Part shown: piece by piece, positions 54,624 to 64,000 of the stretch | Layout of the letters: every line of letters begins with the position of its first letter | How positions within the stretch are numbered: position 1 is the first letter of the stretch | Assembly: GCA_951406725.2 (NCBI GenBank) | Contig: OX597828.1 | Coordinates: 64,356,001-64,420,000, forward strand | Source: Octopus vulgaris | Lineage: Eukaryota | Reading direction: 5' to 3' | DNA: 64,000 nt | The notes under the pieces: generated by a model | Seen by the model: the letters and a program-made list of their open reading frames with translations, nothing else | Told to the model about the DNA's origin: nothing | The model's database searches: none | Made by a program: the position numbers and the translations under genes

Positions 54624-56551
54624 CACCTTGATCACCTTGACCGACCAGTCCGTCAGGTGTCCATTTGACACCGCTGGTCACAGCACGCTGTCCACTCCTC
54701 TCTGGATCGCGCCTTTCTCATCCACGTGATCTCAATCGTCCTCCTGAAATCGTAACTCAACCGTCGTGGAGGTTTTCCGGGCGGTCTTTTCCGCTCGCGC
54801 TGGTACCACTCGACAACTGCGCAGGTTCACCAGTTATCGGTGAGCCGGGCGACGTGTCCAGCCCATCTATACTTGCTGCGTGTATACTCTGCGATGACAT
54901 CTCTCACGACGGACTTCTTTCTGATGATCTCGCTACTGATGTGCTCTCTCAACGAGATACCAAGCATTGACCTTTCCATGGCTCTTTGAGCCGTTACCAG
55001 TCTTTGCTCTTCTCTCTTTGTGGTAGCCCATGTTTCACTACCATATAACATTGCAGGCAGAACTGCACTGTTAATGAGGTTGGCGCGAGTGGTCCTGTCC
55101 AACCTTCCCTTGAGCATATCCCTTATGCCATTAAACGTCTTCCATCCGACCCTTACTCTCCGTGAGATCCCTTTTTCGATATCTCGGCACATATTTACTT
55201 CCTGTCCCAGGTAGACATATTCCCTTACCTCCTCTATTTCATCACTGCCGATCACCATTCGACCTGTTGGTACGTTGTCTGACCGCATGAACTTTGTTTT
55301 CATGCGGTTCATCTTGAGACCTACTGCAAAGCTTTTGATGTCGAGCTCCATCAGCATGGTCTGAAGCTGATCCGTGTTTTCAGCGATGAGTACGATGTCG
55401 TCAGCGAAACGGAGGTGGGTGAGGAGCTCACCATTGATGTTGACACCACCTTGCCAGTCGATGCCTCTGATGATCTGTTCGAGATATGCAGTGAAAAGTT
55501 TTGGGGAGATTGTATCTCCTTGCTTCACTCCCTTCTCGACCGGGTGATGACAGTAGAGCTATGTCGGTGGTGCATCCGGAATTTGCCTCTCTGAACAGCT
55601 GCACATATTGCGCTTCGACTCCTTGCCTCTGCAGCGAGTTCAGCACTGCGTTGGTTTCGACGCTATCGAAGGCCTTCTCATAGTCGATAAACGTAACGCA
55701 AAGAGGCAGCTTGTACTCATTTGCTCGCTCAAGCAGTTGCGTTAAAGTAAATATATGGTACATCGTGCTTTAGTTCTTCCGAAAACCTGCTTGTTCCCTC
55801 GGTTGTTGTTCGTCGAGACGACGTGATAAACTGTTCAGAATTATCTTCGTGAACAGCTTGTATACGTGAGACAGCAGGTATATGGGTCGGTAGTTCTTTA
55901 GATCTTCTTTGTCGCCCTTCTTATACAGCAGGATGGTATTTGACTCTTTCCACTGCGAGAGAATTCTTCCCTCGTCTAGATAGTGCGTTAATCGCTCAGC
56001 GAGGATTTTCCAGAGCTGCTCTCTGCCTGACTTCAGCACCTCCGATGTTATACCGTCTTTCCCTGGAGCCTTTCCGTTTTTCATCGAGTTGATGGCTCTT
56101 TAAACCTCACTGACAATGATAGGTGGCACGTTTTCTTCCTGTTGGAGTGGTGGTAACGGCTGGACATTTCTGGTAGACTTAAAGAGCTTGGTGTAGAAGT
56201 CTTCGCAAACTTTTTCCATGTCACTCTTCTCGTTGACCGGTATTCCATCTGTATTTTTCAGGGCCGTCACCTCCGATCTATATAGTACCATGTCCCTCTG
56301 GCATTTCTTGAGGCTTTTCTTTTCCTCTGCGGCCATCAAGAGCTTCTCCATCCGGTATGCCTCAAAGTCTTTCTTTAGTTGATGACGAATCACTCTGCAG
56401 AGAATGGAATATTCAAGGTGATCTTCAATAGTCCTCTTCATATTTTTCCTCTTCTCGAGTAACTTCGTAGTTTCTTCCAAGATTCTTCCCTTCTTTTCTC
56501 TTGGGCATACACCCTTAGCCTTCCTTAAACACTCCTTCAGTTTCCCTATCA
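54624..56551 (-). mobile_element. RTE-clade LINE, 5'-truncated, with a roughly 40-bp target-site duplication
   Basis: GKAPGKDGI, NYRPIYLLSHVYKLF, EQAGFR, FIDYEKAFDSV, KQGDTISPKLF, LRFADD, YVYLG, LYGSETW, RWAGHVAR; 3' (CAAGGTGAT)2 tail; stops at about 56100 and 55770 and a frameshift near 55530. Confidence 0.93.
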
Positions 56552-56893
56552 GTGAGAGATAGTGTGAGAGACATACACAAAAATATCTACATAACACAGT
56601 CATATATGTACATGCACTTATATACGCACATATATATGTATGTATACATACACATATATATGCATACACACACACACACACATATATATATATGTGCGTG
56701 TGTGTGTACATATGTATGTAAATATGTATATATATATGTGTGTGTGTGTATGCATGTATAAAGGTATGTAAATGTGTATGTATATATATATATATATATA
56801 TATATACAGACATACACAGACACAGACAAACACACACACATATATATATAGTTGAAATTTATAGAAAAACAAAAGATGAAGATAGGTGTTTGA

Positions 56894-56960
<67 letters not shown>

Positions 56961-57045
56961 TATATGCATGATCTCTGCTTTTAGACATGACAGGGATCTA
57001 GTTGCATTTTGTGACATATTCTCCTGTGCGCGCGCTCACACATTT

Positions 57046-57098
<53 letters not shown>

Positions 57099-57562
57099 CT
57101 AACGTTTATTGGGTGGATATGTGCCTCGTCATGTAAGAGTGAGTCTGTGTGTGTTGTCTTTGTGTCCGTAAAGTTTCTCCTTGTGCGAATGTGGTTATTC
57201 CCCAATTACCTCCCTTGTAATACCTTTTCGAAATAATCAAAAACCAAAAAAAGAAACACGAAGCAGTTTGATGTATCCTGACAGTGACTCACGACTCACG
57301 TGTTTTTATTTTACTATCTCACAACGTCCTCGGGTGTTCTGCTACCATGGAAACATAGATACAAATGTACACTTGCACATACGTACACATCAGCACACGC
57401 ACAGTGCGAAAGATAGAAAGACAGATACATTCCTATAGGCCTTTCTTATCCGCTTGCTTCTACATATGTGTGAATTTATGCGTACATGTGTGTAGTATGT
57501 ATGGGTGTATATACGTACATGTACATATGTGCATGCCTGTGTATAAATATGAATATATATAC

Positions 57563-57621
<59 letters not shown>

Positions 57622-59026
57622 TTCAGCAACAATTTAGATTCAAATGAATATGGTACTTAATTTAGATGCGCCAGAATTGTGTATGGTGTTACCCATAAAA
57701 ATATGCGGGGTGATTATAATCAAAAAAATCATATTCTGCTGTAATATTTACAGCTTTTAATAAAATGTTGTAGTATGAAACAATTGTACTAAATTACCGG
57801 ATTCATTCTTGTTGCTTATTTTTTTAATATATATATATATGCTGGTGTGTTTACGTCCCCGTAAAATAGACCGATAGAATAAGTACTACGCTTACAAAGA
57901 ATAAGTCCTTATAAAGAAATAAATGATTCTATTATGAACTTCATCAGCTTACAGCTGTTTCTGCAAAAAGATGCAACGCACCTATAGATGGACGCTTGTG
58001 TTAGAGCTAGAGTGATGCTTGAGCAGCATTCCCACCCCAGTGCATTGCCTCTTATAGCCAAAACAGGTGCTATTCCTTTGTCTTTATAATTGCTTATTAC
58101 CAGCGCCCTCTACTTGACTGATACTTCGTTCTGAAGCAGGCGGTTACTGAGTTCCAACACAGGTTTCTTAGTGTCGCTACGTCTAAGCGAAATAATTAAA
58201 TAAACTTTTACATATACATATACATATATACATTTATGTATATATGTATATGTATGTGTGTGTAAGCATGCATGTATGTATTTATTGGCACAGGCATTGC
58301 TGTACGGCTGTGAGGTTAAGAATATCGCTACATTATGACTTGACTTGGTTAACGGAAACTGTGCGGAAGCCTTCGTGAACATTTGTTTTGTCTATCATTC
58401 CTTGAAAGCCGGTGTTAGTTTGTTTATGAATCTGTAACTTAGAAAGCCCGGCAAAAGGAAATTGAAAGAATAAGTTGATTTCATTAGAAAACCGTTCAAG
58501 GCGGTGCTCCAGCGTGGCCGCAGTTCAACAATTAAAACAAGTAAAAACATAAAAGAACATGATAAGAAGAGCCTGAGTCAAAATTCGTGTTTTAAAAGCA
58601 GTCAAACTTCTACAGAGGTCAAAGGTCACAAGAGGTCTTTTTGTAATTTCGAAATTTCAAATAAATAAAATTTCTTTCGCTGAAGTCAAAAATGTCAATA
58701 GTCAGATTTTTTCTTTCCCCCCAGAAGTGTTTTAAGCTTATGCGTTGTGGCGTTCATTCCTGGCTACCAGTTGCTCTGTGGACCAATGAGTGGTCCTCCA
58801 TGTGTTGACTCGATCTGTTAGAAATCACAGGCAAATCTGCCCCAAATCACACCCCACTATTTGAGGTAGAAGCACAGGGAATGTGATCCTCGGTTCTCTA
58901 CACATGGCAGAAAAAAAACAAAACAGAAAGAGATGATCAGGGCTGGAGAGCTTTAAATCGTAGGGCTCTCTCGATTAGGGATGAAACGGGAGGGTGAAAT
59001 ATGTATGCACTTATGTATGTATGTAT

Positions 59027-59446
59027 TTTCTCTTTTATCTTTTACTCTTTTACTCGTTTCAGTCATTTGACGGCGGCCATGCTGGAGCACCACCTTTAGT
59101 CGAGCAAATCGACCCCAGGACTTATTATTTGGAAACCTAGGACTTATTCTATCGGTCTCTTTTGCCGGACCGCTAAGTTACGGGGACGTAAACACACCAG
59201 CATCGGTTGTCAAGCGATGCTGGGGGAACCAAACACAGACACACAAACATATACACAGACAGACATATATATATATATACATATATACGACGGGCTTCTT
59301 TCAGTTTCCGTCTACCAAATCCACTCACAAGGCTTTGGTCGACCCAAGGCTATAGTAGAAGACACTTGCCCAAGGTGACACGCAGTGGGACTGAACCCGG
59401 AACCATGTTGTTGGTAAGCAAGCTACTTACCACACAACCATTCCTG
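59027..59446 (-). mobile_element. Full-length family B SINE
   Basis: Colinear with 11472-11885. Confidence 0.88.
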
Positions 59447-59598
59447 TATGTATGTATATATGTATGTATGTATGTATAAATGAAAGGCTGGATCGATGCT
59501 TGTGCTCCATGCAGTGGCTCTGTACACGCCGGCATGTATTTGCATATATACACGCCAAAGACATGCAGAACGTGGAAACTTTCAGATGATGAATTGAT

Positions 59599-59978
59599 CT
59601 TCTTTTATTCTTTTACTTGTTTTAGTCATTTGACTGTGGCCATTCTGGAGCACCGTCTTAAAGAGTTTTAGTCGAAGAAATCGACCCGAGAACCTATACT
59701 TTGTAAGCCTAGCACTTATTCTATCGGTCTCTTTTGCCGAATAGCTTAGTTACGGGACATAAACACACCAGCGATGGTGGTGTGGGCACAAACACGGACA
59801 CGAACACACATATATATATATATACATAACGGGCTTCTTTCAGTTTCCATCTACCAAATCCACTCACAAGGATTTGGTCGGCTTGAGGCTATAGTTAAAG
59901 ACACTTATCCAAGATGACACGCACAGGGACTGAACCCGGATCCAAGTGGTTGGGAAAAGTTTCTTACCACATGCCACT
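59599..59978 (-). mobile_element. Full-length family B SINE, more diverged
   Basis: Colinear with 59027-59446. Confidence 0.82.
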
Positions 59979-60055
59979 GAAATATCACTAATAATTTTCC
60001 GTGTGTTTATGCGTGTATATATGTATGTGTGTATGTATATATATATATATATGTA

Positions 60056-60114
<59 letters not shown>

Positions 60115-60259
60115 GACCTTTATATAAATAAATAACGTGAAATACACGAAGAGACGAATAGTTAATCCAAACAAGAAAGCACAAAAAAAACACAACAACG
60201 CGAGGACGTGGAACAAATATAGTACTATTGGACGCTCAGTAAAGAAGGAAAGATGGAGG

Positions 60260-60294
60260 GTTTAACGTTTCGAGCGGAGCTCTTCGTCGGAAAC
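60260..60294 (-). ncRNA. Minimal hammerhead motif with CCGACGA core variant
   Basis: GTTT-CCGACGA-A-GAGC TCC GCTC-GAAAC-GTT-AAAC, inside a 256-bp unique insert flanked by (TA)n. Confidence 0.65.
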
Positions 60295-60433
60295 ATAGGA
60301 GAACGAAAGATCCAGAGAAGGGAAGACAGAGGAAAAAAAATCGCCAACGGTACACTCGAGGTCACATATATATATATATATGTATGTATATATGCATATA
60401 CACATATGCTTATATATATATATATATGCCCAC

Positions 60434-60469
<36 letters not shown>

Positions 60470-62869
60470 CACACGCACACACACAAATACATATTATACA
60501 CACATACGCATACGTATGTGTGTGTCTGTGTGTGATAGAGAGATAGCACGTTTGTAATATATTTTCTCTCTGTAAATTTTTCAGACTTACCTAAGCCTGC
60601 TCTGAGCCCAGGATCCTTAAGGCTAGGGAGTAAACCGGTTTCCATGGTATATGACTGATATTACAACACACTGGCTGGGATGCTAGTCCCTTGCAGGCTT
60701 AACTTCCCATCTATTACTGGAATTAATTTACAGCTGTGTAGACTGGAGCAAAGGGGAAATGTACAGTTTTACCCAAGAACACAACACCCGGCCTGGGAAT
60801 CGAACAACACGATCTTAGGGTTGCAGGTAACCACTAGGCCATGCGCGCAAAAAAAATTGGCATTTTTTTCTATTTGTTTGCACAAAATTTCAATATCAAA
60901 AATATAAATTTTTTTACATACAACAACAACAACAGCAACAATGATAACAACAACTAAAACAAAACAAAAGTTCATTTAAATTTTGATAAAATTTATTTAT
61001 TTATAAAAAAATTATTTTTGATTATTTTTTTTGTTTTCGTTTTTATACAAAATAATAATAATAATAGTCATTTCCAACATCGGCAGAAAGCCATAAAAAT
61101 AAATGATTTGGGAAGAAAATGATAAATAAGAACCCGAGTAGATTACTGGTGATTGGTTTTTATCGATCCGCCATCGATAATGGGTGATGGTGGGGAGAGG
61201 AAGCAATAATCACGTAGAATTCAATCGTTAAATAGATATCGATTTTGGCAATGGAATCAAAATAATCAATAAACAATCTAAGGGATAAATCGAATTGATT
61301 TTGATGATAAATGATTGTGATGATGATGATGATGATGAATGTTGATCAATGTGAGATTGATATTTTACACATACATACACACATATACATACATATATAC
61401 ATACATACATATATGTGAGCGTGTGTGTATTCATATGTGTATGTATGCATGTTTGTATGTATATATATGAATGTATGTGTATAGACGGTTTCAGAGAGAT
61501 TTGACTGCTATTTCTCGCAAGTCACGTAACCACATAATTGTTTGTTACAGAGCAATGTGCTGTTGTATTGTCACTACGTCTTCCTTACCCCTCCACTCTC
61601 TCTTTCTTAGTCTTTCCCTTTTCCTCCCACCCTCTCTCTGTCTCCTTCCTCCCCATTTCCTCCCACAAAACTCTCCTTTCTCTTCTATTTTAAGTCCTTA
61701 CAATAACAAACCACGCTTAACCCATATCCAAAAGCAATGCCAAGTCCCTCGTCTCTCTCTTTCATCCAAACCCCTCCGCATTCATAACCTGTTCCACCTA
61801 ACCCTGGCTGCCCTCAATTCCCGGCGATCCTTCGTTCATGCAGTCAATGCTGTTGTTGTTGTTGTTGTAGCTAGTGTTGCTGCTCGTGCGACCGTTAGTG
61901 TGGCGTTTAATGTTGCTGGGATCAAAGCAGAAACGTTTCGTTGGATTCATACGGCGCTAACGTCACTGTGATAAGGACCAGCGTCTTTGTATAAAACACA
62001 CGTTTGAGTGTCTGTCTGTCTGTCTGTATGCATGATTATAAGCATGGAGTACATGGAATTACATTATATATGTATATACATACATTCATGTATGTGTGCG
62101 TGTAATTATGTACATATATATGCAGGTGTATCTATATATGTATGTAAAAATGTATGTATGTATGTAAAAATGTATGTATGTATGTATGTATACAGGTAGG
62201 TATGTACGTATGTATACAGGTAGGTATGTATGTAATCGTTCAGAAAAAGGACAAATTCGTTGATAATAAACAATTTTTAAAATATCAAAGACCAGAAAAT
62301 TATTTGATGAAAATTTGACAATAAATAATCCGTTGGAAATACAAAAATAATATTCATTGGAAGGATTTTTAGATTTTTACTCTCACTTTGTTTAGGAAAG
62401 CAATCCGACACACACACACACACACACACGCACGCACACATAAAAAGGAATATCCGTTTAAACACTCCTCAAAGAATTTTGCTTTTGTTGTAAAAGTCCA
62501 AAGTTCTTGTGTTCTTGCTCCAGTTCTTCTCTATGTCCTGAGAATCATTGTTAATGGCGCTAGCTTTGCCATTATTCAAATAAATATCCCACTGTTGTTT
62601 GTTTTGCTTTGTTTTTCAAAGTTCTCTATTTAAACAAAAAAAAATGGTCCAAAATAAAGAAGAAAAAAAAAAGTTCTCGATTACTTCCTTGGAAATCAAT
62701 CTAAGAATGAAGAAATGAATGATGATTTCCACGCCATATCGACCAGAACAATTCCCTTTTTCAATCGTCCAAGAATTGCTGCAAATCAAAGTTGACTTTG
62801 GCGAGATTCCGACTCAGTTCTTATAATGATAGCTTTCAAGCATTTTATGATTTACAAATAATAAAAATA

Positions 62870-62910
<41 letters not shown>

Positions 62911-63187
62911 AATTAAATAAATAAATGAAATAGCGATGGCGTTCATGGTTGTATTTCACAATATAATCATGACACGTGTGTATATATGTATACATATGTG
63001 CAATTAGTTTGTATGCACATACGTGTGTACATGCTATATACACACGTGTGACGATGAGTATACGTTAATTCCAAAATATTGATTCAATTTGAAGAATGAG
63101 GGTCCGTTTGCTTTGTTCCTGGGTACCTATGTGAACATACATACATACATATATGTGTAAATATATATATGCATGTATGTGTGTATA

Positions 63188-63238
<51 letters not shown>

Positions 63239-63300
63239 CGTTTTGACTGCTTTTACAATTTTATTATGACGCATGAAATATTCATTGCAATGATACTTCA

Positions 63301-63400
63301 NNNNNNNNNNNNNNNNNNNNNNNNNNNNNNNNNNNNNNNNNNNNNNNNNNNNNNNNNNNNNNNNNNNNNNNNNNNNNNNNNNNNNNNNNNNNNNNNNNNN
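63301..63400. other. Assembly gap (100 N)
   Basis: Run of N. Confidence 0.99.

Positions 63401-64000
<600 letters not shown>

Noticed and set aside
57941-57965. Minus-strand GAAAC-AGCT-GTA-AGCT half hammerhead
   Set aside because: I found no upstream CUGANGA with matching stems.

Overview
A 64 kb eukaryotic, AT-rich window saturated with microsatellites. It is most likely cephalopod (Octopus-like), inferred from the SINE repertoire and microsatellite density. No recognisable host protein-coding gene is present, and most ORFs in the track are translations of simple repeats. The window holds decayed transposons: two near-complete Tc1-type elements (one with DD36E spacing), a Tx1/L1-clade LINE inside (GATA)n, RTE and R4/Dong LINE pieces, a Penelope-like element (PLE, GIY-YIG endonuclease) with an inverted pseudo-LTR, and many tRNA-headed SINEs. 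The strongest signal the ORF track misses is a set of minimal type I hammerhead ribozyme (HHR) motifs, about 9 copies from several unrelated repeat families, plus several non-coding 'inverted arm + unique tail' insertions in (TA)n that copy the PLE insertion layout. The most unusual is a tRNA-headed SINE whose 3' part carries an HHR and which is inserted head-to-head like a PLE, with a target-site duplication (37125-37658). A few isolated minus-strand exon-like segments may belong to a long non-coding or UTR-rich transcript. The last 600 bp, after a 100-N gap, nearly duplicate 51064-51655, probably an assembly or haplotype artefact.
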